A DNA stretch of 64,000 nucleotides, taken from the NCBI GenBank assembly GCA_038496445.1, contig JALMLS010000310.1, positions 1-64,000 of the forward strand. The letters run 5' to 3'. The DNA is from Trichosphaerium sp. ATCC 40318 (lineage: Eukaryota > Protista > Tubulinea). This document shows, in pieces, positions 25,992 to 38,725 of the stretch. The notes beneath the pieces are model-generated. The model did no database searches and was not told the origin of the DNA. It worked only from the letters and a program-made list of their open reading frames with translations. Each line of letters opens with the position of its first letter. Within the stretch, counting starts at the first letter, position 1. Made by a program: the position numbers and the translations under genes.

Positions 25992-26434
25992 TCAAGGATT
26001 ATCGTCATCTTCATAACATGCCAACATAACATAGCCAACCATAAACAAGTTAACTACTATCACAGCACCAACGGATGCTACAGCTGAGTTCCATTCCTTT
26101 TCAATACCAACGAATGTGTCTTTAGTTTGTCAAGGTTAAAACGTGTAACAATTAAAAATATAGGTTAAAAAGGATACAGTCTTGGTAAAATAGAAGCGCA
26201 AAGACAAGTAGAGGGATTATAAACATTGCCGTTGAAACAAGTACTAATTTCGAGACTACACGCTTGTTTTTCGCCGCTCTACAATATTATTACGCGTACT
26301 AGGTGGTTTTCGTACTGTTCGGGTGTAATTATTACTGCTGGCTTCTTGAGTTTATCGTACTTATCATCCTTCTCTTCCTTACCATCTTTTTTAGCTGGAG
26401 GCGGTATTTTATCCTTTGCGATATTTCGCTTCAT
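25992..26434 (-). CDS. VMA21: V-ATPase assembly factor VMA21-like
   Basis: Spliced VVSKLVLVSTAMFIIPLLVFALLF...SAVASVGAVIVVNLFMVGYVMLACYED matches the VMA21 two-TM pattern. Confidence 0.75.
26120..26177 (-). other. U12-type (minor spliceosome) GT-AG intron
   Basis: 5' site GTATCCTTT; branch-like AACCTTGAC 9 nt from the end of the intron. Removal joins GAC T|AC in frame. Confidence 0.8.
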
Positions 26435-26673
26435 TTTTTCACAATGTTTTTTTGGGGTTTGGTTTAAGAACTCACTTAGTCGAGTTAAGTCAGTAGTCAC
26501 GTGCTACAAACCTTAGCATATTCTTTCTCGGGTAATAATTAATCACGTTAGCTGAGCATCGTCAGTCCCAAACGCGAGCAGACCGTGGATTGACTAAACA
26601 ATACTATCTCAATTTTTTTTTTCTCTCAAAGTCGGTGATTTAGAAAAGAAGGTCGCAATACGCTTGGAAAATA

Positions 26674-27831
26674 ATGTTTAATGCCGTTCGAGCTAGATAC
26701 ATCTTTGGGCGTAAAGTTGTTACCACAAACCGTGTCAAGACAAACCATACGCCTCCAATACCTTCGAAAATATCCTCACCCAAGCAACGAACTCACATAA
26801 GCTACAAACAATCTGTATGTCATTTCACCACTGCAAAACACGCCAACATTCGCATCAGAGCTTTATTATACCAACAAACTCTTCCCACAACGCATTTACA
26901 ATTTATTTAGCCTTATACAATACAACCTCGCTTTTACTGTTCTACAAAAGCTACAAATGACGGTCACACGTTCAAAATCGGTGTTATTCCGTACACATAT
27001 TCAGGAGAAATGAAGGACGGCAAAAAACACGGCGTGGGTAAAGCCACATGTCCAAAGGCTCCAACGTTTGAGGGAAGATGGGAAAACGACGCTTTCATAC
27101 CAACTGATGGAGTTATGACGTTTCCAAATGGTGCTGAGTACATTGGAACACTTACTGATAAATACCAGTTTCTAAAGGGTATATGGAGTATTGGTCCATT
27201 AACGTGGGAAGGTGAATGGGATGGTAAAATGTTTAACGGAGTTGCAACGAATACTTTATCAAAAACAGAAAAAAAAGGTACCTTCGAGAACGGTAAACTT
27301 AAGTCAGGTCATTTGAAGGAGAAGGGTGTTTTATACAAAGGAGAGTTTGATAAAGAAGAAAAACTAGTATTAGGTACTGTTGATGATGGTAAGACTATTA
27401 AATCAGGTGACTGGGAGGAAGGAAAGTTAACAAATGGAAAAATTATATTCCAAAATGGTGAGATTTATGAAGGGAATTTAAAAGATGATATGTACCATGG
27501 AGAAGGTATATTAACTGATTCAACAAAAGATGTTGTATTTGATGGACATTGGGTAGAGGGTGTATTTACTGGAAAAGGTGAAAGAAGGCTTCAAAATGGT
27601 ACTCTGTATAAAGGTACTTTTGAAGATGGAGACTTACATGGTTATGGAGTTATGGAAACTCCTGATGGTGTTAGTTATGACGGTGAGTGGGTTAATGGTT
27701 CTATGGAAGGTTATGGTGTAGGTAAGATGCCTAACGGTGTTGTGTATGATGGTATGTGGAAGGATTGCCAGTTTGTTAGAGGTAAGACAATAGATGAAAA
27801 TGGAGTTGAACATTTCGCAGAAAATAAATAA
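26674..27831 (+). CDS. MORN-repeat protein with probable mitochondrial presequence
   Basis: YxGxWxxGxxxGxG repeats. Intron 26815-26910 joins the two same-frame ORFs. Confidence 0.85.
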
Positions 27832-28045
27832 TAGTATCGCAAGTTAATAATCTGTCATATCAATATTACAAGTACTTCTCACTTTTTTTTGAAATCATGT
27901 GTTAACATCCAAAGCAAGGGTTATGCGGCAAATCAAAAGTAAAGCATTGCTGATGCCTTTTGTATGTTGTACAAAACCGATTTCTTCACAATGTGTCTTT
28001 TTATTAAGTACAGATAGAAATTTGTTTAAACCATTTTATCGCTTT

Positions 28046-30492
28046 GATGGAGGTATAAGTTTAAGTGGTAGAACTGTTGGTAATGGTTTGCCCTTTTTAG
28101 CTCTATAACATAAGAACAAAGCTAAAATAAATTCATCAAGATCTAATGAACCATCTAAAACAAAGTAAGAATTGCATTAAAAAAATATCTAAGAAAAAAA
28201 CAGGAAAAACACAAAGTACTATCAGCTAAACGCTTACCTTTGTCGATATCTGATAACGTCCATATTTGTCTAAGGAGCTCCTTCTTTACTCCAGTTTCAA
28301 GTAGAGGTTTTCTAGCAAGAGAACCAAGAATCTAAGAGTTCTCAGTACACCAAAAAAACAAAAAAACCCAAACGCAAATGATGTAAAACTATACGTACCT
28401 TTCCGCCTTGTTCTAACTTTGAAAAGGCTTTAGTATATTTATTTCTCTGATCTATAGAGATTGACCATTCAGCTTGACCTTCGGCAAATGGGTTTGTTTC
28501 TTCATGAACTTGTTTAGAAACTGACTTTAGCAACATAGGAAGCTCTTGTCCTAAGGCTTTATCGATACCTATAAAACAAAAAAACCCGTTAGTATCATCA
28601 CTAGATAGTGTAATTTGGATTTAAAAAGAGAAAGCAAAAAAGGCCAAAGCAGTCAAAGGAATAAATAAAAAATTTTGCGAGTTTGTGACATCAACATGTA
28701 TAAAAAAAATACTTACCAGCAACTAGCTTAGCATCAAACAATTGAAATTTGTCAAATTTGTAGTCCACAAGCAATTTTTGAAACTTTTTTAAAGGTGGAA
28801 AATCGCCTGGAGGTAACTTATAAGCACGTGTAATATCCTAAAAGTAATCAATCGACAAATCTACAGAAAAAAAAACACAAAACAGCCCAAATTTTTTGTT
28901 AAAAACACGCACTCTGAACTGTTGTTCCATAGTTTGAATCAGTTTTTGTTGCTTCTTTTCCTTACCAAACATTGCTAGATATAAAACGTCATTATAACAA
29001 AAGAGATAACTTAGCTTCAAAAGACAATGGACGCACGCATTTGTTTTTTTAAGTGTCCAACAATTATTGAGTGTACTTTAACTTGTCGTGCACGTTTTAC
29101 TATTTCATTCACTTTACGTGTAGCAGAATTAAAAGGTAGGTCTTTAAGATCTTTAATTAGATCCTACTATGTCTTTAGTTCTCAGATAAAAAAACAAACA
29201 AAAAAAAACAAAAAAAAAGACACACCGTTTGTTCTGCTTCAAATAGCTCACTAAAAGCCGCATTCTTGAATTCTTTTCTCCAAAAAGATCCAATATATAC
29301 ACGTAATACTTCTGGGTTGCTTACAACCTTACCAAGTGACCACATAAGAGCGCCATAACTAAAAAGAAAATTAGAGATTCCATAGCTCAAAAAAAAAACA
29401 AGTTTGACCTACACACGCATGAGTTGCTGAACGTTTACAGAATCAGCTTTGTTCAATACAACGCGTATCTTATCATCATGTCCTTACGATATAATAAGTA
29501 AAAATGGAAATAAAAAAAAGTGTCAAAATGTGACACATTGCAAAATTAATAATAACTCTTGTCCAATGCCTTGTTTACCTTTTAAGATATTTATTGTGCG
29601 CCTGAATTCATCTGAAATATCAAGTTTGTGCGCATCAAAGAGTAATAAAATAATATCCGCCTATGTAATTGTTAAAGGGTTGTTCTCAAACAACAGAGCT
29701 GACAAGAGATTTAATTTCTTGGGTTTTTTTTGAAAGAAAATTTGACACCATTTCAAACGTACTCTTCCAGCAAACCACTCAACAACCCCTTCAAAGTCAT
29801 ACTGGCGTCCTATTCTCTGTTTTGCACCAGATAACACACCAGGTGTATCGATAAATGTAACGTGCTCTAGAATAGGAGCTGTACACTCTGCAGCCTAATC
29901 AAAGCCGTTAACAGGACGCACAACGTTAACATCTCTTTAGTTTACCTCAAATCGGGAAAGAAAGTTACCACCAAAGCGATTTAATGCATGAAATGGTTTA
30001 GAATCGTCAACAGCGAGCGCATTACCAGGTATTACTCTAAAAACTCCGCATTGGTAATTGTGGCTCGTGTTTAAGCTTACCTGTCCTCATCACCCTTCAT
30101 TACAGCGACAAATCTATCTGTTGTTGGTTCTGGTCCAATACGTTGTCCAGGGAACGATCTAAAGGCAATCAGACGTATATCTCGTTCTTTACGCACTTCC
30201 CGAGCAAATACTCAATAAACGACGTTTTACCAACTGAATATTGGCCTAATAACAACACCATGGGTTTTGCTTCAATGTCGCAGTGGCGCAACGCCTAATT
30301 TTAAAATGAATTGCACAATTCGTGATAACGTTCCGCAGTGTATCTTAAAACGCGTACCGGACTATGAAAGTCCTCATACTTGAACTTTTGTTCAACAGGT
30401 TTGATTCTCTTGTCATAAATACGTTTAATACCATCAATGACTTGTGCAAAGTTACTAGGAGCCGCCGCTACGTCTACATCAAACGGATCCAT
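28046..30492 (-). CDS. EHD1: EH-domain-containing ATPase (EHD1/RME-1)
   Basis: [74 protein letters not shown]-terminal EH domain. Confidence 0.95.
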
Positions 30493-31427
30493 TACGCCAA
30501 CAATAGATTCTGACGTTTTTGAATGTTGTCTGTTTGTATTTGACTGTAGTTTGACTATAATTCATTACTAGCGTTTCAAAGTTTCATATCAGTATGCAAC
30601 ATAGCAGTAGTTTGAAATGAGTGTTGTGGTAGACGTTTTAATTCAGCAGGTTCCGATTTGGTTATTTTGCAGATCCGCTACTCCTTTCCAAGGCTGCTAA
30701 TATTTATGGTCAACGTATGGCGTATGTATCAATGCATTTTGCGTGTAACAAGAAGCGAATAAGTTCTTTCGAAGTTTACAACTTGCCCTAATTCGAAAGA
30801 AGTTAACCTCAGTAGTCAATACCACGATGATCTGCCTATTCTCAATTTTAGTAACTCGAGAATAAACCAAAGTCCTGATAAGGACGCCCAGAGATGATTT
30901 ACAACGAAGGTAAGGTGGGTTTGCGTTTGTGGAAACAGTCTCAACATGTTTTTCCTTTCTTGATCGTAATAGGTGAATATCTAAGGTCGCTACACCAAAA
31001 CTGAACCATCGTAACTATTTTGATCCACATCTAGAAGTGTTAAAGTTAGCAAGTCGTAGTTTTAGGTAAGTCAAACATGCCTGTTCTTCTAGACGTTGTA
31101 GAGGTATTACGACAGCATCAACAATGCCACAAATACAGCAAAACGCATACATCACTCCGTAGATATCACCACGTGTGGAATCACGTGGGTTTGTACTCTT
31201 TTTAGGTTGTTAAAATATTCCAAGCTGACAAATGAGTATTATCGCCATGAAAAACTAGGAAATACCTGGGCTGCACAGTATGTATTCGTTACGGATGATT
31301 GAGTGCTATCAACAGCGGTTGTCTCGAAACACAGAAATTATTAGCGTGTGAACTTGACGTATGCCCATATGGCTTTCAACAAGCTCAATGGAGCTAAGAG
31401 AGATCAGTCGTATTACTTTGAATCCCA

Positions 31428-32192
31428 ATGGCTTTAACAACTAATGGAGAAGATCGTATAGTCGTACTGATTGATGCAGATAACGCACAATTAAGTAAAT
31501 TAAAGTACATTCTTGAGGAACTTTCGAGATATGGTAATATCCTTGTTAAACGTGCTTATGGCGACTGGTCTCATACTAGCCTCAAGAATTGGCCGCAAGC
31601 TCTTAACGAACTAGTAATTCAACCAATGCAACAGTTTGCATACACTAAAAAGAAGAACGCTACGGACATTTCAATGATAATTGAAGCGATGGATTTTTTA
31701 TACGAAAAAAAATTCGAACTGTTTGCTTTAGTTTCATCCGATAGTGACTTTACAGCTCTTGCTATACGTCTAACACGTGAAGAGATAAAGGTGTTTGGAT
31801 TCGGAGAGAAGAAAACACCTGTATCTTTTTGTAACGCATGTGGGACATTCATCTACACGGAGAACTTGGGTCCTATAGGAGGAAAAGTAGCAAATGTTGA
31901 AAAAGTCGAAAACTTCATTCCTGTCCTTGAACGTGTTTGGGAAGATAAACAAGATCAGTTCGAATCAGGATGGGTTAATATTGCAGGTCTTGGTATTCTT
32001 ATTTTAAGGTTAAAGCCTGATTATGTTCCGAGGAATTATGGATGTAAAAAGCTTCCTGAAATTTTATCAAAGTTATCCAATTACTTTATTTGTATAAAGT
32101 ATAAGGGTAAAGGTACTGTTAAGATTATAGTGTATAAACTTCTTAGTCAATATGTAAAAGGAGAAGAGAGTTGCTTCGATATTGTTAAATGA
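31428..32192 (+). CDS. NYN (LabA/DUF88 PIN-like nuclease) + OST-HTH/LOTUS protein, intronless, bacterial type
   Basis: VLIDADN, KRAYGDW, QQFAYTKKKNATDISMIIEAMD, LVSSDSDF..LA.RL, GFGEKKTP; LOTUS GWVNIAGLG..PDY.PRNYGCKKL. Confidence 0.9.
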   Translation: MALTTNGEDRIVVLIDADNAQLSKLKYILEELSRYGNILVKRAYGDWSHTSLKNWPQALNELVIQPMQQFAYTKKKNATDISMIIEAMDFLYEKKFELFALVSSDSDFTALAIRLTREEIKVFGFGEKKTPVSFCNACGTFIYTENLGPIGGKVANVEKVENFIPVLERVWEDKQDQFESGWVNIAGLGILILRLKPDYVPRNYGCKKLPEILSKLSNYFICIKYKGKGTVKIIVYKLLSQYVKGEESCFDIVK

Positions 32193-32541
32193 TAGATGAA
32201 TAGAACTTTAATTTAGAGATTTTTTTTTTGTATTTTGTTATAAATTCCTCTCACGGTGTGTGTACAAGATTTATTTTAAAGATGTTCCCACCAACTCGTT
32301 TAACTATCTACAGTGACGATTTAATATTTTCCAGTTTAGATGCCGTAGACGTATTGGTAAAACTGATACGGTATAATCACGGCAAACTTGTTAACAAAGT
32401 ACCGTTATGAGTATTTATTTTCCATATTAGGTATTAATTATTTTGACAATTGATTCAACTCTTCATTCGTAATACTATACTTTGGCGGAACTACAAAATT
32501 ACAAAGGGCATAATAAAATAGTTTATTTTTATTTTACGTGT

Positions 32542-33577
32542 TTACAATCCAAGTGTGCTGACATACCATGGCAAGATTTCTCTTGCTTTGGCTTCCTCGA
32601 CGCTGAGTGTGATAGCATTCTTTTTACAATAAGAAGGTACAGTGAATTTCTAAAAAAGCGATGAGAACAAGGAAGTTGTGGTTAAGGTTCTTGTGGTTAA
32701 GTTGTTCTTGGTTTTCAAGGCGAAAACTCTTACCTGATCAAGTTTATCAATGTTTTCTTTACCGACCTTCCAGAATGCATAGTGTATCTTAGATTTTGGT
32801 AATGGTAAATCAAGGTATACAGGACGACCTGAAGATACGGATTCATAGTAAACATGCTTTAATTTTTCCCATACTAGAAACAAAGTGAGCTTCATTTTTT
32901 TTTCATTTTTTTTAAACATACCGTTGCAGCAAACGTCATCTTGTATTCTTGTGCCAAGGTATTCAGCGCCACGGAGCCAAGTTGGAACTGGTGGTAGAAA
33001 CCCAATAGGTATGACAGCACAATCTTGTTGATCAGCACGGAAGTAGTAGAGCTAAACGTATGTCAACGTTTAAAAAAATCTGCAAAAAAAAAGATCATAC
33101 TATTTCTCCTATATGAAGAGTGGTTACAGCTTGTCCGAAAGAGTTATCATACATATCTCCTGGGAATACAGAGCTAGGACCAAGGTGGTCCATACGAAGG
33201 CCGTTAATATCAGCATGATTCCTAGAGAATAAAGAAATCAATATTCAAGCACGTCTTAAAGAAGATTGATCGTTATTTGCAAGCAAATTAGATGCGGTGT
33301 CTTTTACGCACCAGAATGATTGAGCACATTCCATCACCTCAGAGCTGTTTGTTGTCCATGTAAACGATCTAGCTGTGTAATAAACATTTGGAAATACAGG
33401 AGCTTCAGTTGGGACTGGGTCGGGTTTGGTACATTCATAAGTGGGTGTTGCAATTATAAACGAAATACACAAAACAAGAGCAGTAGCTAAAATGGCCTAT
33501 TATATTTTAGTACTTATTAGTACGCGTATGGGTTACGGGTTAGCGTATAGATTAGGTATACGTACGTGTCGCAACAT
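32542..33577 (-). CDS. Secreted ependymin-related/LolA-fold-like protein
   Basis: Signal peptide, P.FP..Y, LRMD, LYY..C, P.WL.GAEYLG..CNVW.K..YY..GRPV, C-terminal FTVPSYC. Confidence 0.55.
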
Positions 33578-34223
33578 GGAGAATCTTTTTGGTAAATAAA
33601 ACAGCTTGAAACGGAGAAATAGTTTAAGTTACAGAATAGGGCATTCTATTATGCGAAAACTGGTTAAAATTTCGGAATACAGTTCTGTTGGGGTTTAGAA
33701 ATCCCTGGGATCTATTAGTTTACCGACTGAAGCGCATAAATGATGTATTGATTCACAATGCTTGTGATCGCTAACAACGAATTCTACACTTCACGGACTT
33801 TCTTTTAGCTTAAGCTTTACCATCGTTGTCTCCAGTGTAACTGGCATCATGTTCACAAGGAGCTACTGGCATTAGGATGTCAGTTTGGCCATCATCAGTG
33901 TAGCTTCTTTATTGTACCAGCATTGAAGAAAATTAGCAACAACTGCGGGTGTTGAAATAATAAAGTGCGGTTTTTTAAAACGTACCACAAGTCTTCACAA
34001 AAGAGATTGAGAAATATTCCGCTAGCATCCTTCTCTACGTTGTAACAGTAAAGGAACTAATTTGCCTACATTCACGTGATATGGTACTCCGTGTTGTACC
34101 TAAAGTTCTAAACCCACTTGGTTATACAAGCCGTATGGCATCAATGCCTCACATTTATCTACGCTATTTTATTTCATTTTATTTATTTTATCTTACAAGC
34201 ACGTGATAAATGATCTTCTCCTA

Positions 34224-35267
34224 TTATAACTTCAAAACAGTTAGTTGAGAAAATTCACGAGTATTGCCTAAAGGTATCAAAGTCCTAGGCTCAACAGCAC
34301 AAATTTTAAGAGTAGACCCTGATTTAACATACTCGGTTATACTTCCATTTGCTGTTTGTCTGTTTTTGCCACTTCCATAAACACAATGTATGCGTCTACC
34401 GTTTATACAGAGTCCATAGGATACAGTATAATCATGTGGGTTAACAATATGACAGTGTATCAAGTAGAAACCCTCCTGAACAATATTGATTGTCGTTTTA
34501 TCTTTTGAAAGGCAAAATTGATCAGGACGATAAAACATCCTTGAGGATGACCATGTCATAAATCCTTTTGGATTAAAACCTTCTCTCGTTACTAAAGATA
34601 ATAGTGTTGGCCTAATCTTAGCTCGTAAACGATCAGTGGTTCGCTCTAAATTCATCAAAGCAGAATTTCTTTCCTTTCGTAATTTCGATATATAATTTTT
34701 CATTTCGTTTTGAAGAGCGCCATGTGCCTTGATGTTATCGGTTTTTGCTCGTTTGATGGCTTCAATAGACTCCAATCTAGCCATAATACCCTTGGATCGT
34801 ACCATAGCTTTTAGACCAACGACTTCTCGTTCTAAAGCCGAAGACATTTTATCAACGTTTTCTTTGCAATACTTCTGAAGAGATTCGTTCATCTCTTCCC
34901 CATTTGCCTTTATTTCCTTGACCGTACGCGATGTAGACGCCTTAAAAGACGCATAATCTGTAATAAGGTCAGTTTCAAAGGTGCCTTGGGCCTTTAAAAG
35001 TTGATCTTTCAGTGCAACGTTCTCTGACTTTAACGCATCAAGCTGAGCCGATGTCTCTCTTCGTAGTTCATCAAATGAAGCTTCTAAGGCCTCTATACGT
35101 GAATTGGTACATCTCAATTCCTTCAATTTTACTTTCATGGCATCATTATCACGTTGCAAGTCTTCAACGACCATTTCGAGATGTGTCATTCTTGACACTT
35201 TGACAGCCGATAATGACAAAGAAAACGTTTTTTTAGAAATGACAGTGACTTGAAACACCAACGACAT
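34224..35267 (-). CDS. Intronless coiled-coil protein with C-terminal C1q/TNF-like beta-sandwich
   Basis: ~190 aa heptad region, then INIVQEGFYLIHCHI..LCING..GSITEYVKSGSTLKI..SQLTVLKL. Confidence 0.55.
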   Translation of the reverse strand: MSLVFQVTVISKKTFSLSLSAVKVSRMTHLEMVVEDLQRDNDAMKVKLKELRCTNSRIEALEASFDELRRETSAQLDALKSENVALKDQLLKAQGTFETDLITDYASFKASTSRTVKEIKANGEEMNESLQKYCKENVDKMSSALEREVVGLKAMVRSKGIMARLESIEAIKRAKTDNIKAHGALQNEMKNYISKLRKERNSALMNLERTTDRLRAKIRPTLLSLVTREGFNPKGFMTWSSSRMFYRPDQFCLSKDKTTINIVQEGFYLIHCHIVNPHDYTVSYGLCINGRRIHCVYGSGKNRQTANGSITEYVKSGSTLKICAVEPRTLIPLGNTREFSQLTVLKL

Positions 35268-35323
35268 ATCAGACGCCTAAAAAACTCAGTCAGTACAAAG
35301 AACATGTGAAGTAGTTTTTCGAC

Positions 35324-36106
35324 TTAAAAAAACAAAGGACGAACCATGGGATCCTTAATGATAGCCATGTGTACACTATTATTTTTTTTATCCAAAGACG
35401 CTGCAAATAAATCTTTGAGTTCAGTAGCAGAGGACACCACATGAGCTGTAGCTTGTGCTAGAGCCTCATTATTATATGTATTCGTAAAGTGATTATGTGA
35501 TCTAATAAAAATACATAAGAGAAGGAATGTTGAAGTAAAAGGAATGCTTACTTTGAAACCGTTAAAGTTACATATTTTTTTTCGTTTTGAATACGAATGC
35601 TATACTCTCCCTGAGAGAAGCTATGAGTCTCCTGGGTGATTAATTCGTCTTCTTCAGGGTATAGTGGGTGTTTTGAAGACTTTTGCGCATTGTCTGGAAC
35701 GGCAGAAGGCGTAGAAACGGAGGAACATTTCAGAGAAAACAACTTTCGAAGAGCATCCTGATCCTGTGGCTGTAGAGCTGAAAATCCAATAAGATCTTCT
35801 TCCCTGGTCACTAATGAACCATATTTCTGCAACAACGAGGTTAAAACGGAACGCAAACTTACTAAACGCAATAAAACATACCTTTTGAAACTCCTCTGGT
35901 AGAAAGTACGCGTAGTATTCACCTCCAAACTTCTTGGACCAATGGCGTCGCCCAAGGCGTACTTCACCAAACTGTATTGTTTTATTGCTCCAGCGGCACT
36001 ACCAAGGTTAGTAATGCGGTTTACGCCTTGACAAACTAATTACAATTACCTTTGAACGATTACTCCTGGCATACTCTACAACTAGTTTTGCCTTTTTTGT
36101 GGCCAT
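35324..36106 (-). CDS. Protein with degenerate PARP-type zinc-finger domain
   Basis: MATKKAKLVVEYARSNRSK|CRWSNKTIQFGEVRLG...YFLPEEF..EDLIGFSALQPQDQDALRKL. Confidence 0.7.
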
Positions 36107-36559
36107 TTGTTGCGGTTAACGAAAAAACCGGCAATTCTAGCATGGCTTAACTCCTTATATTTACAAGTTGCAAACAGCCAGCATTTTGAAAGGACATAAG
36201 GCATATCAGCAGCTTCAAGTGCTTTTTTATTTGAAAACGTATTTACAAAGTGTACAAAACTGTTTTTTTTGAAAAGAAGAACGAAAATCACGAAATGGTG
36301 ATTCCAGGGCAAGATTCTGACTTCGCCAATAACACATGCTCTCCGCCCACTTTTTTAGGTACCAAATCAACATAAGGAACGCGGTTTATACCTTCTGAGT
36401 ATGGTTTCCAATCCTAAACACTTTTAACAATGACACACGCATACGTTGGATAATTGCACGCGCAAGGTGTCAATTAAAGCGTGATAAATTCACGTGGGAT
36501 GATTTAAAAATTAGTTTTGGAATTAGCTTGTAACGTACTTCAGGCGGTGATGGCGGTGG

Positions 36560-36974
36560 CGATAAGAGATAATTGGTCGCTTTTAGTGGCAAATTTAAAT
36601 GGCGTGGGCTGTAAGTAGCTGGTCCTAGAAAAGTCGCCGTTTCCTTGATAACAAAGCGTTAGGAATACGAGTGTGGCTTTGATGTACGCACCACAACCAA
36701 AAATGCTTTAAAACCGCGAACATGTTGTTTAGCGCGTATTGCTTGTTGCCGCGTAGCGCACTCAACTACAGCCATGTCGAACGCATCAATAAAATCTATT
36801 TGTATAACTTGTACACCATTAATACCTGCCAATTGTCGTTTAAGGACGTCATAATTACGTTGTAAATTATGAACAACGAGTTGACGAGCTTGCGTAGCTG
36901 CCATAAAAGCAACAAAAATAGTAAAAGTGTTAAGTGACACGACTTGTGGAATTCATTGGTACCATCGAGCCATT
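36560..36974 (-). CDS. Small RRM-like protein (boundaries approximate)
   Basis: RQLVVHNL...MAVVECATRQQAIRAK resembles RNP2/RNP1. Confidence 0.35.
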
Positions 36975-37206
36975 AGGCTTATTTCATTGCGCTAGATACT
37001 ATTAGATATCCTGATTCTCTTATGGCTCTGTTGTAGTCCATTTTTCGTTTGCAGAAACTGAACAGAATTGACCTCACAAATTTGATTTTTGTTTTGGTGA
37101 GTTTTAATGCTAAGTCGCCTCTCGTATAGGTCTACGTATGCCTTGCGCAGTCGAAGTTTGCGAAGGTACGATAAAATTTATGCTCTGACCGCGTAACACT
37201 ACGACT

Positions 37207-38442
37207 ATGCCACACAGAGTAACGCTGGGCCATATACAACTTATTTCGCGTAGATTATACCACTCAAACTACGAAGAGCGACCTAACCGCCCTACACGCA
37301 TTCCTTTAAAAAGTAGGGCGGTTTGGAAGGCATTGAAGAATCCAGACGTTGAAAAATGGCGTAAAGTATATTTCGATAATAAAAACACACCTAAGTACCC
37401 TCCTATGTCTCATTGGACATTTTCAATGTCACGTATAAAGGATTATGACTTGGCTGTTTCTGAACTAGAAGAACTCAAGCAACGTCCAGATTTTGTGATG
37501 GATCGTAGGATATTAAACGTACTTATAAGGCTATCTCCAGATGTAAAAACAGGAATGGATTTTCTACATAAATACATCGATAGCGACGATCCTACAATTG
37601 CTCCAGACGTAGTATCAGTTACAAGTGCATTGGAAATATGTTGTAAATTTCGAGATCCTGAGTCCGCTTTGAAACTAAAAGCTCAAATGGAAGAGCGCGG
37701 TATTGAACCTGATTTTTTGACGTATGTTGCACTATTGAAGATGTGTTTGCAAGAGAATCTACCAACAGAGGGACTGGAGTTTGTAGCAGAGTTGAGACAG
37801 AAGGAAATACGGCCTAATACTTTTATATATAGCTCTGCTATTACTTTTGCATTTGCTCTAGAAAAGAATGAATTGGCTATGGCTTTTTTTGAAGAAACAA
37901 AGAGCTCTGTTGGTTGTAGTGTTGCTATCTATACAACTGTTTTAAAACATTCTCCTGATGCAATGTTTGCTTGTAGGATTATGTACATGGCTAAAGCGGT
38001 ACGTGTTTGGTTTTTTTTTCTTTTTTTCACTTTTTTTCCTATTTTTTTCACTTTTTTTCTTCTTTACTGTCGTCTTCTGTGATCAACTTTTTTCAAATAT
38101 CTTTGCAATACCGCGATTAATTATTTTTGTCTATCGCATAATTGTTGATTTTATTCGCAGGACTCCGCCAGACGTAAAATTTTTTTGAACATGAAATTTC
38201 TTCAACAATTTAAAGAAATTGTAATCAAGTTTGGACCTATCGACGACTCTTTATTGCCAAGAATTGTTGATGAAGATGTTGCACCAGATGGCACACCAGG
38301 GGAGCTATCAAGAGGCCAACAAGTAATGCTATGGGATGATTTTGATAAGTTCTTTTTGCATCTACGTGAATCAGGAAAGGTACCCAAAGAAAATTGGAAC
38401 AAAAAACCTATGGAGAACGTAACAAGCAAATTTGACTTTTGA
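37207..38442 (+). CDS. Pentatricopeptide-repeat (PPR) protein, probably mitochondrial
   Basis: PDVVSVTSALEIC, MEERGIEPDFLTYVALL, IRPNTFIYSSAI, SVAIYTTVL; presequence-like N-terminus. Confidence 0.85.
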
Positions 38443-38725
38443 GAAATGAAAATCTTTGTAAATTAAGTAGCTAGGTTTAGACAACCTAAGTTGACACCAA
38501 AATAAATCTTTAAAATAGTCTCTGAGTATCAGGTGCAGCTGGAGTTATTCCAGTTTATCTGTTTTAGCAAGCTGTCAATAGTGAGCGTAGTTGCAGGTAT
38601 TGTATGAGTTTGGCAAGCTTATTGAGTTGCACGCACTTGACAGGCAAAAACTTGAATACATTTTCTGGTCTTAACGAGCGTTAAAAATCTAACCAATAGC
38701 AAAATACGCGATACAAACCTTTAGT

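Noticed and set aside
25962-25994. TGA followed by 10 more sense codons at the end of VMA21 (Sec/readthrough)
   Set aside because: The extension is short, not at a Cys-homologous position, and no SECIS was seen.
26908-26910. In-frame TAG between two same-frame ORFs of the MORN gene (possible readthrough)
   Set aside because: It is the 3' splice site of a phase-0 intron GTATGT(26815)...TTTAG(26910).
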